Positions 48,361 through 59,000 of a stretch of 64,000 nt of DNA are shown here, piece by piece; positions within the stretch are counted from its first letter, which is position 1; every line of letters begins with the position of its first letter. Position numbers and translations under genes: made by a program. The notes under the pieces were generated by a model. The model was not told the origin of the DNA. It did no database searches and saw only the letters and a program-made list of their open reading frames with translations. Location: assembly GCA_965541585.1 (NCBI GenBank), contig CBEUCH010000015.1:1-64000 (forward strand), in the 5' to 3' direction. Origin of the DNA: an uncultured bacterium (GTDB taxonomy: Bacteria > Zixibacteria > MSB-5A5 > UBA10806).

Positions 48361-50886
48361 ATGTTTTGGGGCTTGAATATGAAGACTTTATCCAATTTAA
48401 TTATTATGAACAGAAGTCTAATTTACGAGATTTTTTCACAACTTCAGGAAGGAGAGTACATCAGGTTAGCCTGGGAAGATAAAAATGAAGAGTTTCACTG
48501 GCAAGGAATAGACAACTATGAACAATTTATAGCGAAAGTTAATGAATTAAGATCCAATCCCCATATAGCCAGTATCTGGTTTACGCCTCATCCGAGCAAT
48601 TCGGAAACATCCCATGAAAACGACAACGTTAAACATGTTCAATGGGTTTATGTCGATATCGATGATATTTCGACCGAAGATTTTATAAAGAACTACAATT
48701 TCATAAGACCAACATATATTATTGCTACAGGTCACGGCGTTCAGCTTTATTGGCAGTTGAAGCAGCGTATAGCAGCACCTTTTGATGAATGGCGTTATGT
48801 CGAAAAGGCCATAGAGAAAAAGCTTAATGGAGAAAAAGGTTACCCTTGTGCTTTGCTTCGCGTTCCCGATACACCCAACAGAAAACATCTCATCGAGAAA
48901 CATCGCAAAAAGGGATATACAGTAGAAACCGATTGCAAGGTCATTGAATTTAATGATGTTGCCTACGGCCTTGATGATTTCATACAGGCCGGTTTGAAAA
49001 TCAACGCTAAACCTGCTCCTACTATTCAAAGTAATGAATCTAAGCTGACAATCTCCGATCTAACGTGTATTCGTCAACACTGCGCTGCCGTAGACTCGGC
49101 GTTTAAATCTATTGAAAATGACTCGGATAATGATAAAACGGCCGGTCACAATAAGCGTCTAACCGCTGCCAGCATCATAAAGCATACCGTTGATGATGAA
49201 GATTATGTGTTAAAGCTGTTCGGTAACACTGCTGATTTTAAAAAGGATGTCACGCTAAAGAACTATCAAAGTATAAAACAAAAACCAATCACTTGTAGGC
49301 AATTGCAGGAATGGAATCTTTGCTTCAAACCTTGCCAACTGATCCAAGACCTGAACAAGAAAAGCCCTATAGTATTTGCCTACCGCAAAGGAGTTCAGCT
49401 TAAGCGGACTAACGAATTATTAAGCGACACTGAAAACGATGCCTGTTTTGAAGAACTTATGAAGCGGGCCAAAACAGTAGAAAATCCCGTTAATCAGTTA
49501 AAACTTATCAACAGAATACAGGCTACAACCGGATTGAATAAAGCGGAAATCAGCCATTATATGCGTCGGGTCAAGGTTTTCGATGAATTAAATTCATATA
49601 TAGTCAATGCCCAAGTGGATCCTGTAAGAGCGGCAAAATACATAATCAAAAAATATCAACTGATGCGTTTTCAACAGGACTTTTATCAATTTGATGACGG
49701 CATATGGGAGCATAAACCGCAGGAAGAAACCGAATCACTTATTCATCACGAAATTGAAAAATACTCGGACAACCATACAATCAGCGAAGTCATTAACGCC
49801 GTAAAACGCGAATCATTGATTACACATATACAAGTTGAGGATGCCCAGGATACTTATGTGATCGCGGCCGGTAACGGCTTATTAGATGTTCGTAATGACT
49901 CGCTTCGAGATTTTAAACCCGAAGATTATAGATTTGGGAAAATGGGTGCTGGTTATAATCCCGATGCCGATTGTCCGGCATTTAAGGATTTCATTAAAGA
50001 GCTGTTTCTTTTTGATGTTGACGCGTCAGATAAAAGGCTATTGGTGCAGGAGATATTTGGATATCTTTTAATCCCTGATTATACTTTGATAAAAAAGATG
50101 TTTTATTTCTACGGCCCTAAAGCCAACAACGGCAAATCCAGCCTAATTGAAATCATCCGATCGATTATGGGACCGGGCTACTTTGACAGCGTTCCTATGG
50201 ATAAAATGAATGGTTTTCTGTTAAAACGCCTAATGGGAAAACATGCAAACGTCGTAGGAGATCAGGATGCTTACACTAAAGTTCCTGATGGAGTATTGAA
50301 ACAGCTTATTGGCGGCATGGACGAAATTACCGCAGATGTGAAGTATAAAGATGCAATTAGCTTTATCAATCATGCCAGGCTGATATTCGCAGTAAACAAA
50401 CTCCCATATTCTGAAGCGAAGGATGAGGGATACTTTACCAGGGCGGTTATTCTAACATTCAACAATCAATTTCTTATTAATCCAGACAAGAAGGATCCGC
50501 GGCAGATGAAAGCTGATATTGAAAAGATACAGTACATAAAGGATAACGAAAAGGAGGGCATCCTAAATTGGATGCTGGAAGGTTTGAAAAGGCTATTGGT
50601 AAATAAGAAATTGACAATCCCGGCAACTTCGGCAACTGCCTTGAAGGACTACAAAACGAACAATAACAGCATATTACTATTTGTTAGTGATAGATGTCAG
50701 CTTGGATCATCATTTGAAGTGAGTCAATCTGAGTTGTATACCGATTATAAGGCATGGTGCTTAGATCAGGGATTTAAATTCTATGCAAATGCAATTACTT
50801 TCTGTGATCTACTTGAGCGGGAGTATAACGTAGCCCGCCAGAGGAATAAAAATTCACGACAGCTGTTAGGAATTCAAATGGCATAA
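48361..50886 (+). CDS. AEP primase / PriL-like domain / D5-SF3 helicase (P4-family primase-helicase)
   Basis: YVDIDD, TGHGVQLYW and LLRVP.T.N.K motifs; Cys cluster; GNGLLD; Walker A YGPKANNGKS; KQLIGG, VKYK, N.LP. Start may be 48379 or 48406. Confidence 0.9.
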   Translation: MFWGLNMKTLSNLIIMNRSLIYEIFSQLQEGEYIRLAWEDKNEEFHWQGIDNYEQFIAKVNELRSNPHIASIWFTPHPSNSETSHENDNVKHVQWVYVDIDDISTEDFIKNYNFIRPTYIIATGHGVQLYWQLKQRIAAPFDEWRYVEKAIEKKLNGEKGYPCALLRVPDTPNRKHLIEKHRKKGYTVETDCKVIEFNDVAYGLDDFIQAGLKINAKPAPTIQSNESKLTISDLTCIRQHCAAVDSAFKSIENDSDNDKTAGHNKRLTAASIIKHTVDDEDYVLKLFGNTADFKKDVTLKNYQSIKQKPITCRQLQEWNLCFKPCQLIQDLNKKSPIVFAYRKGVQLKRTNELLSDTENDACFEELMKRAKTVENPVNQLKLINRIQATTGLNKAEISHYMRRVKVFDELNSYIVNAQVDPVRAAKYIIKKYQLMRFQQDFYQFDDGIWEHKPQEETESLIHHEIEKYSDNHTISEVINAVKRESLITHIQVEDAQDTYVIAAGNGLLDVRNDSLRDFKPEDYRFGKMGAGYNPDADCPAFKDFIKELFLFDVDASDKRLLVQEIFGYLLIPDYTLIKKMFYFYGPKANNGKSSLIEIIRSIMGPGYFDSVPMDKMNGFLLKRLMGKHANVVGDQDAYTKVPDGVLKQLIGGMDEITADVKYKDAISFINHARLIFAVNKLPYSEAKDEGYFTRAVILTFNNQFLINPDKKDPRQMKADIEKIQYIKDNEKEGILNWMLEGLKRLLVNKKLTIPATSATALKDYKTNNNSILLFVSDRCQLGSSFEVSQSELYTDYKAWCLDQGFKFYANAITFCDLLEREYNVARQRNKNSRQLLGIQMA

Positions 50887-50887
50887 T

Positions 50888-51122
50888 TGTCACCTTTGTC
50901 ACCCTCTGTCACCGCCTAAGTCGTTGTGTAACAAGAGAAATGACAAAATGACAAGAAAATAGCCTAGAAAAGTATTACAGGAAAATTGATAGACACACAA
51001 ATACAGGAGAATAGTTTTTTACGGTCATTTTTGTCACCCGGGCACTAAAAAGTTGTTAACTTGCTGCATATCAATTGATTGCGGCGAAAAAACAGGGTGA
51101 CAAAAAGGTGACAAAGGTGACA
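50888..51122. repeat. Iteron-like origin of replication
   Basis: TGTCACC at 50888, 50897, 50907 and 51032; inverted GGTGACA at 51096, 51107 and 51116; TGACA at 50941 and 50949; AT-rich core; IHF consensus TATCAA-TTGA-TTG at 51069-51081. Confidence 0.8.
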
Positions 51123-51132
51123 GAAATATATC

Positions 51133-51327
51133 ATGACGTACAGAAAGAAATTCATACCCGAAGCTAATCTGAGGAAGATAATAAAACATCCAAACCATCC
51201 AAGACTTGATAACGAAGAGAAACCTAAACCACAATATGAGGACGGTAGTGGTTTCTTGGCCGAGATGCGCCAGCTTGACTTTGCAGCTGACGAAGCCCTC
51301 AAATCCCACGCGGCGACTACAAGTTAA
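51133..51327 (+). CDS. Small hypothetical protein
   Basis: ORF only, same strand as its neighbours. Confidence 0.35.
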   Translation: MTYRKKFIPEANLRKIIKHPNHPRLDNEEKPKPQYEDGSGFLAEMRQLDFAADEALKSHAATTS

Positions 51328-51422
51328 GGGGGGTACACGCCATTAACCAGAGAATATTAGAAGAACACTTATGAAATAATATCCAAGCAGGTAATGTTCA
51401 ACAATTTAACCAGCAATAAATA

Positions 51423-51905
51423 ATGCTAATAAACCATAACGGCATCATATGCCACATATCAAAAATAGACCAGCCTCACAGGATCTGGTACCATATTTGG
51501 GTAGACCTTGAAAGATACGGGGAAGACTATATACGCGAAAAGTTCGGCGTAACAGATCCCAGAATCCAGCGTAAAATACAGGACGAGTTTTATCGCGCCG
51601 TCATATCCTATAGGTCGAAGCCGACCGAGATATTGGAGGAGCATGCCCTTCGGCTGGATAAAACGGATTACCCATTCTATTTGACCGATAAAACCAAGGA
51701 TTCAGTTACGGTATTTATGGAGAAAGGACTATTTACGTTGTATCCTGGTCAGCCAAACGGCATGGATCGGCCTCCTAATGGATATCCCTGGGCGATCATC
51801 TATAACACCGACACACCTGAAATCATCCAAGCCAAGTTGTATGATCACAGGAAGCGGTTTGGCCCAGCTATGCGAAAGAAGCTCTGGAAAGTCTGCGGTT
51901 GGTAG
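51423..51905 (+). CDS. Hypothetical protein
   Basis: 160-aa ORF followed by a terminator. Confidence 0.65.
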   Translation: MLINHNGIICHISKIDQPHRIWYHIWVDLERYGEDYIREKFGVTDPRIQRKIQDEFYRAVISYRSKPTEILEEHALRLDKTDYPFYLTDKTKDSVTVFMEKGLFTLYPGQPNGMDRPPNGYPWAIIYNTDTPEIIQAKLYDHRKRFGPAMRKKLWKVCGW

Positions 51906-51919
51906 CCCAACCTCCACCC

Positions 51920-51950
51920 CGCCCCTGCCTTTTGGTGGGGGCGTTTTTTT
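51920..51950 (+). terminator. Rho-independent terminator closing the replication module
   Basis: cgcccctgcc-tttt-ggtgggggcg followed by T7. Confidence 0.8.
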
Positions 51951-52051
51951 ATTGCCCGGTATCAAAAACAGCTTGCATAAGACTATAGCCGAGTATAACT
52001 TGGATTATTAACATACGTTAACCCCATTTTGCGAGGGCTAAGATAGATAAT

Positions 52052-53602
52052 ATGGCGAAAAAGGATATCAAAAAGAATTCCGAAAGTTTCGAAAAAACAC
52101 TATTTAAAGCAGCGGACAAATTAAGAAAAAACATAGACGCGGCTGAGTATAAGCATATTGTACTCGGCCTTATTTTTTTGAAGTATATTTCTGACTCATT
52201 TGAGGAATTACACATAAACCTCCTGGCAGGCAAAGGCGAATACAAAGGAGCCGATCCTGAAGATGCCGATGAATACCGTGCTGAGAATGTCTTCTGGGTT
52301 CCCAAGGTTGCTCGCTGGTCGCATCTTCACTCACGAGCCAAACAGCCAACTATCGGAAAAGATGTTGACGATGCAATGGAGGCAATCGAAAAAGAGAACA
52401 AGACCCTCAAAGGTATCCTCCCCAAAGTTTTCGCCAAACCAAATCTCGACAAGACTTCATTAGGTGGGCTGATTGACATGATCGGCAACATTGCTCTTGG
52501 TGATGAGGCTTCAAAGAGCAAAGATATACTTGGTCGAGTCTATGAGTATTTTCTTGGCGAATTTGCTTTGGCAGAAGGCAAGAAAGGCGGACAGTTCTTT
52601 ACTCCCAAGTCAATCGTCCAGACTATGGTCGAAATGATCGCACCCTACAAGGGCAGGGTATTTGACCCCTGCTGTGGTTCTGGCGGAATGTTTGTAATGA
52701 GTGAGAAGTTCGTTGCCAGCCATAAAGGTAAGGTCAACGATATTTCCATATACGGTCAGGAAAGCAACCAGACTACTTATCGCTTGTGCAGAATGAACCT
52801 GGCATTGCGTGGCATCGATGGCTCGCAGGTTAAGTGGAACAATGAAGGCTCCTTTCTAAAGGATGAACACAGGGACTTGAAGGCCGATTTCATTCTGGCT
52901 AATCCGCCATTCAATGATAGTGACTGGAGCGGTCAACTCCTGAGAAAAGACCCTCGTTGGCAGTACGGCGCACCACCCACTGGGAATGCCAACTATGCGT
53001 GGATGCAACACATGATTTATCATTTGTCCCCAAAAGGGATTATGGGATTGGTGCTTGCCAATGGGTCGCTCTCTTCGAATACATCTGGCGAAGGGGACAT
53101 CCGTAATAGTATTATAGGTGCTGACTTGGTGGATTGCATTGTCGCTCTGCCAAAGAATCTTTTCTATAACGTCACTATTCCTGCGTGCCTTTGGTTTCTT
53201 TCCCGTAAACGGACAGGCAATGGTAATAGGAAACGCTCGGGCGAGATTCTTTTCATAGATGCTACCGAAGTAGGCCACATGATTGATCGCACTCATCGGG
53301 TGTTTACCGATGAGGATGTGTTGAGACTTGCCAACACCTACCATGAGTGGAGAAAAGAGAATGGCAACTATGAAGATATCAAGGGCTTTTGCAAATCTGC
53401 CGCACTCAAGAACGTAGAAAAGCACAAATTCGTCCTCACACCAGGGCGTTATGTCGGCATTCCCGACGAAGAAGATGACGGTATTCCTTTTGATGAAAAG
53501 ATGAAATCGCTTACTGGTGAATTGGCCCAACAAATGTCAGACGAAAAGCGGCTCGATAGTGAGATACAGAAGCAGCTAAAGAATGTCGGGTATAACATTT
53601 AG
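52052..53602 (+). CDS. hsdM: Type I R-M methyltransferase (m6A)
   Basis: [24 protein letters not shown] and LTPGRYVG motifs. Confidence 0.96.
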   Translation: MAKKDIKKNSESFEKTLFKAADKLRKNIDAAEYKHIVLGLIFLKYISDSFEELHINLLAGKGEYKGADPEDADEYRAENVFWVPKVARWSHLHSRAKQPTIGKDVDDAMEAIEKENKTLKGILPKVFAKPNLDKTSLGGLIDMIGNIALGDEASKSKDILGRVYEYFLGEFALAEGKKGGQFFTPKSIVQTMVEMIAPYKGRVFDPCCGSGGMFVMSEKFVASHKGKVNDISIYGQESNQTTYRLCRMNLALRGIDGSQVKWNNEGSFLKDEHRDLKADFILANPPFNDSDWSGQLLRKDPRWQYGAPPTGNANYAWMQHMIYHLSPKGIMGLVLANGSLSSNTSGEGDIRNSIIGADLVDCIVALPKNLFYNVTIPACLWFLSRKRTGNGNRKRSGEILFIDATEVGHMIDRTHRVFTDEDVLRLANTYHEWRKENGNYEDIKGFCKSAALKNVEKHKFVLTPGRYVGIPDEEDDGIPFDEKMKSLTGELAQQMSDEKRLDSEIQKQLKNVGYNI

Positions 53603-53622
53603 CCGAGAACTAACTTGAGGTT

Positions 53623-54486
53623 ATGGCAAAATTAGGCATTTCAGAGTTTTCATTCAGCTTTTCTTTTCTGCATGAGCAGGTAAATAGAAATGGTAGACCA
53701 TTCTGTGTTCCTGTATTACCCTCTCTGCGTAGAGAATCTGATGTAGGGTATGATGCTAAGCTTCCTAAAAAGGGGATTGACTACTATTTCCAATTCAAAA
53801 TGAGTGATTACTTGCGAGGTGGAAATGCCAAATTTATTAAGGATGGCACATATAGAAGTCTTTACTATCGAATTGCTCTGCATAAGGCCAAGAAGAACAA
53901 ACAGCACAATCTTCTCTATATGCTTTCTCAAAAGAACCCATATGTTTACTACGTTGCACCTAAGCTAAGAACAGATCAGTCATTTTATGATGCTTGTGTA
54001 AGAAGGTTAGTTACGGTGAGTTCAATGATGATTCCAGTGGATTCCTGTGGTTATGTCAGCGATTCGCTTCAACACTTTGTGACATATCCAGAATTTGGCT
54101 ATGAGTGGCATTTCCATTCAAAGCCCAAGCGATTTGATAATGCAATTGAAGGGGAGCGGATAGTTTCGCACTTCGCAGAAAGTTCTAAGAACTGGGTGGC
54201 TATCAACAAGGAATTCGCTTTGAATGTTTATGAACGAATAAAGCAATCAACATATGTATATCAGAGTGGTGATTTTGAAGGGATAGAAGATAATACGAGG
54301 AAAGCTATAGGCGATGACAAAAGATTAGGTATCGTAGGCGTAGAAACCAAAAAGCCAACTTTCAATGTTGAAGAGTTCTTTGATCGGAATATAAAAAAGT
54401 CAGATACTTTTACGATATTGCAGAGAGCATCCGCTATTGCGATGATGTTATATGGTTCAGCACTGATGATAGTCGGTGAAAACTAA
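53623..54486 (+). CDS. Hypothetical protein, possible PD-(D/E)XK-fold nuclease
   Basis: SE...LPSL..E..VGYDAKL....YYFQFK pattern; sits between hsdM and hsdS. Confidence 0.6.
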   Translation: MAKLGISEFSFSFSFLHEQVNRNGRPFCVPVLPSLRRESDVGYDAKLPKKGIDYYFQFKMSDYLRGGNAKFIKDGTYRSLYYRIALHKAKKNKQHNLLYMLSQKNPYVYYVAPKLRTDQSFYDACVRRLVTVSSMMIPVDSCGYVSDSLQHFVTYPEFGYEWHFHSKPKRFDNAIEGERIVSHFAESSKNWVAINKEFALNVYERIKQSTYVYQSGDFEGIEDNTRKAIGDDKRLGIVGVETKKPTFNVEEFFDRNIKKSDTFTILQRASAIAMMLYGSALMIVGEN

Positions 54487-54491
54487 CAATT

Positions 54492-55661
54492 ATGAACAAG
54501 ACTGATTCAAAGCAAATACCTGATGGATGGAAAGAAACAACATTGGGAGCACTTGTTACCTTTCAACGTGGTCATGATTTGCCGAGATCTAAAATGGTTG
54601 ATGGTTCTTTTCCAATCATGGGGTCAAATGGTATTATTGGATTTCATAACCAAAGTACAACAAAAGCTCCAGGCGTGACAATCGGTAGAAGTGGTAATAT
54701 TGGAAGAGCCTTTTTAGTGAAAAGAGATTATTGGGCGCATAACACAACATTATATTCCAAACAGTTTCATGATTCGGATCCTGTTTTTGTATATTATTTA
54801 GTGAAAAACCTAAAATTTGAAAGATTCAATTCGGGTAGTGCTGTTCCAAGTTTAAATAGAAACTTCATTCATCCGATTCAGCTAAATGCTCCAATTATCT
54901 TTGAACAAAAAGCCATTGCCAGGGTTTTATCCTCTCTCGATGACAAGATTGAGTTGCTACGCAAGCAGAATGAAACCCTTGAAGCGATAGCACAGACAAT
55001 CTTCAAAGAGTGGTTTGTGAACTTCAACTTCCCTGACAAAAATGGAAAGCCGTTCAAGGACGGCGGCGGCAAGATGATCGACTCCGAGCTGGGCGAGATT
55101 CCTGACGGGTGGAGAGTGGGTAAACTCGGCGACGAGTTTGGCATACTAATGGGGCAATCGCCACCTGGAACAAGCTACAATGAAGAAAGCGAAGGGGTTG
55201 TATTTTTTCAGGGCAGAACTGATTTTCAAGAACGATTTCCAAAAGTTAGGCTCTATACAACAGAACCCAAGAGAATCGCTGAAGCATTTGATGTATTGGT
55301 AAGCGTAAGAGCACCAGTCGGTGATGTTAATGTTGCCATTGAAACCTGCTGCATTGGTCGAGGTCTAAGCTCTGTAAGAGGACAGCAACAATCCTACACA
55401 TTGTACAAAATGAAGTTTTTGGGAGACGTATTGCGACGATTCGATGCAGAAGGGACAGTTTTTGGGTCAATTAGCAAAGATGATTTCAAGAGTATTGAAG
55501 TCCTGACACCGATGGAAGAATGGATAAACTCATTTGAGAACACAGTCAATCCATTGGATCAGAAAATACTCTCAAATTATAAGCAAATACAAACATTAAC
55601 TCGACTACGAGACATTCTGCTGCCCAAGTTGATGAGTGGGCAGGTGAGGGTGAGGATGTAG
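54492..55661 (+). CDS. hsdS: Type I R-M specificity subunit
   Basis: Two IPDGW-started TRDs; EQKAIA..L..LDDKIE spacer; LRDILLPKLMSG. Confidence 0.95.
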   Translation: MNKTDSKQIPDGWKETTLGALVTFQRGHDLPRSKMVDGSFPIMGSNGIIGFHNQSTTKAPGVTIGRSGNIGRAFLVKRDYWAHNTTLYSKQFHDSDPVFVYYLVKNLKFERFNSGSAVPSLNRNFIHPIQLNAPIIFEQKAIARVLSSLDDKIELLRKQNETLEAIAQTIFKEWFVNFNFPDKNGKPFKDGGGKMIDSELGEIPDGWRVGKLGDEFGILMGQSPPGTSYNEESEGVVFFQGRTDFQERFPKVRLYTTEPKRIAEAFDVLVSVRAPVGDVNVAIETCCIGRGLSSVRGQQQSYTLYKMKFLGDVLRRFDAEGTVFGSISKDDFKSIEVLTPMEEWINSFENTVNPLDQKILSNYKQIQTLTRLRDILLPKLMSGQVRVRM

Positions 55662-55676
55662 AAGGAGGGAATCAAA

Positions 55677-56042
55677 ATGGAAAGGTATATTCTAACAACC
55701 TATGATAAGAACAGATTAAGCTCCTATCCTATGATAATTTCAATACACGGTAAATCGTGGTGTTGTAAGCAGGCTCGAATCCTTGTTCAAAGTATGGATG
55801 GTGGTTTCATAACTGCTAACTGTATGAAATGTAATAATAAAACGAATGTATTGATTGACGAATTTCAATCTTTTGATAGAGACGTAAACTGTCCCAAATG
55901 TGGTATGGTTATGTCTCCTGCTTATGTCCCTGATGGAAGTAAAATTGAAGAACGTAACTATGGTTTTAAGTGCATGAAATGTGATATTTATATATGGGCA
56001 TCTGATTTAATTCCATATTATGAAGATTTTCCATATAGATAA
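55677..56042 (+). CDS. Cys-rich putative zinc-finger protein
   Basis: WCC, CMKC, CPKC and CMKC motifs; GGAGG RBS; sits between hsdS and hsdR. Confidence 0.65.
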   Translation: MERYILTTYDKNRLSSYPMIISIHGKSWCCKQARILVQSMDGGFITANCMKCNNKTNVLIDEFQSFDRDVNCPKCGMVMSPAYVPDGSKIEERNYGFKCMKCDIYIWASDLIPYYEDFPYR

Positions 56043-56050
56043 TAAGAAAC

Positions 56051-59000
56051 ATGACAAGAGACAAAATCACAGAAGATGCAGTCGAACAGGTAGCCATAGA
56101 GCTACTCGAAGAGCAGGGATACCACTACCTCACTCCCGAACAGTGGGAGGCTGAACGAGGGGACCTATCCAATGTTCTCTTGAGGGATCGTCTGAAAACT
56201 GCCATTGATAAACTTAACCCGATAATTCCGCAGGAAGCGAAAGAACAAGCCTTACGAGTAGTGTCGAATCTTCCCAGTCAGAATTTGGTGGAGAACAACG
56301 AGACGTTTCATCGGATGTTGACCGATGGAATTGACGTTGAATATATGGGAGATGATGGCATTAAAGGTGATAAGGTCTGGCTTATTGATTTCAAAGAACT
56401 CACCGAAAATGACCTGGTCGTTTGTAATCAGTTTACGGTTATCCAGGACAGCCTCAACAAACGCCCAGACGTGGTGCTGTTTGTTAATGGATTGCCACTT
56501 GTTGTGATAGAGTTGAAAAATCCAGCTGATGAAAACGCTACTGTTAAGAAAGCATATACCCAGCTCCAGAATTACAAGAACGCAATCCCCAATCTGTTTT
56601 ATTATAATGGAATTTTAATAGCTTCTGATGGCCTGGACGCAAAGGTTGGATCATTGACTGCAGGTTGGTCTCGGTTCATGGTCTGGAAAACGAGCGATGG
56701 AGCCAAGGAAGATAAGGTCACTATTCCTCAAATGGAAACCGTCATCAGAGGTATGCTGAGACCCGATGTACTGTTTGACCTTATAAAGCAGTTCACTGTC
56801 TTTGAAAAAACCAAAAAAGAGGACACCAAGACCAGATTCACAACAATAGAAACAGCTAAGAAGATAGCGGCATATCACCAGTATTATGCCGTCAAGAAAG
56901 CAGTTGAATCTACCAAGCGGGCCGCCAGTGATAATGGAAGTAGAAAAGGTGGCGTTGTCTGGCATACGCAAGGCAGCGGTAAATCTCTTTCCATGGTGTT
57001 CTATTCAGGACAGACAGTATTAGAACTTGATAACCCAACGATTGTAGTAATTACCGATAGAAATGATCTTGATGATCAGCTATTTGATACTTTCGCGGGT
57101 TGTAAACAGCTATTAAGACAAGAGCCAGTACAGGCGGAGAATCGGGAACACCTAAAAAAACTACTCAAGGTTGCTGGCGGCGGTATCGTATTCACGACAA
57201 TTCAGAAGTTCTCGCCTGAAGACGGCGGAGATGTATTTGATCTATTATCTGACAGAAAAAACATCGTTGTAATAGCCGACGAAGCCCATAGGAGCCAGTA
57301 CGGATTCGGCGCCAAGACTATCGTGCGAAATAATGAAGCATATACCAGTTATGGCTTCGCTAAGTATCTCAGGGATGCCCTTCCAAAAGCGACCTTCATT
57401 GGATTTACAGGCACACCTATTGAAAAAGAAGACAGATCAACGCGAGCAGTCTTTGGCAATGAAATTGATATCTATGATATTTCTCAGGCTGTCAAAGACG
57501 GAGCAACTGTTCGTATTTACTATGAATCCCGATTAGCTAAAGTCCACCTGAAACCCGAGGAGAAAGATAAGCTCGACGCTGAAGTTGAAAGAATAACTGA
57601 AGGTGAAGAATCGACTGCGAAGGAAAAGGCAAAAGCCAAATGGACTCAACTCGAAGCAATAGTTGGGCATCGGGATAGGCTAAAATCTGTCGCCAAAGAT
57701 ATTATCGATCATTTTGAGAGGCGGGAGGAAGTATTTGACGGTAAGGCCCTAATTGTGACTACGAGCCGTCGCATAGCTGTTGAGTTATACGAAAAAATAA
57801 TGGCCTTACGTCCACATTGGCATGGCGACGATAAGAGAAAAGGCGAGATCAAGGTAATAATGACCTCCAGTTCCAGCGATCCTCAAAGCTGGCAAAAGCA
57901 TAATACAACAAAGCAGGACAGAAAAGACATTGGGGAAAGGTTCAAAGACCCGAATGATAGGCTGAAATTCGTTATAGTTAGGGATATGTGGCTTACAGGC
58001 TTTGATGCCCCTTGTCTCCACACCATGTACGTTGATAAGCTGATGCGAGGACATAACCTAATGCAGGCCATAGCGCGCGTGAATAGGGTTTTCAAAGATA
58101 AACCTGGCGGCCTCATTGTTGACTATATCGGAATTGGATACGATCTCAAAAAAGCGATGGCAACCTATTCTGAAAGCGGTGGGGAGGGTGAACCAACTTT
58201 GGATATTGATGAAGCTATCGCGACAATGCTGGAGAAGTACGAAATCGTTGCTCAAATGTTTGATGGTTTTGATTATAAGCGATATTTTACAGCCAATACT
58301 AAAGACAAGATGACAATCATCTTGGAAGCCCAGGAGCATATTCTCGGTCTGGACGACGGCAAGAACAGATTTGTAAGACAGGTGATTCTGCTTTCAAAAG
58401 CCTTTGCCCTATCCGTGCCAAATGAAGAGGCAATGGCGATTAAGGATGATATTGGCTTCTTTCAAACGGTAAAGGCTCGTCTCACGAAATTCACTCCAAC
58501 AGGAGGCGGTAAGTCTGACGAGGAGATAGAAACAGCAATACGGCAGATTGTCGATAAAGCCATAGTTTCAGAAGGAGTAGTCGATATATTTGCTGCTGCT
58601 GGTATCAAGAAGCCTGATATTTCGATATTGTCGGATGAATTTATGGCTGAAATTAAAGGTATGAAACGAAAGAACCTAGCTTTTGAATTATTAAAGAAAA
58701 TCTTGTCCGACGAAATCAGGCTCAGATTGACCAGAAACCTAATTCATGGCAAAAAGCTATCTGAACTGTTGGAAAACGCTATTAAGAAATACCAGAATAA
58801 CCTCCTGACCGCGTTTCAAGTTATTGAAGAATTGATTGAACTGGCTAAACACATCAAGTCCGAAGATGAGCGCGGCAAAGAGATGAATTTGTCCGCAGAT
58901 GAAATTGCATTCTACGATGCTTTGGCAGATAACGATAGCGCAAAAGAAGTTCTCGGCGATGACACACTACGAGAGCTTGCTAGAATATTGGTCGAGAAAG

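Noticed and set aside
50888..51122. CRISPR or simple microsatellite reading of the TGTCACC repeats
   Set aside because: The units are 7 nt and occur in both orientations, which fits replication iterons.
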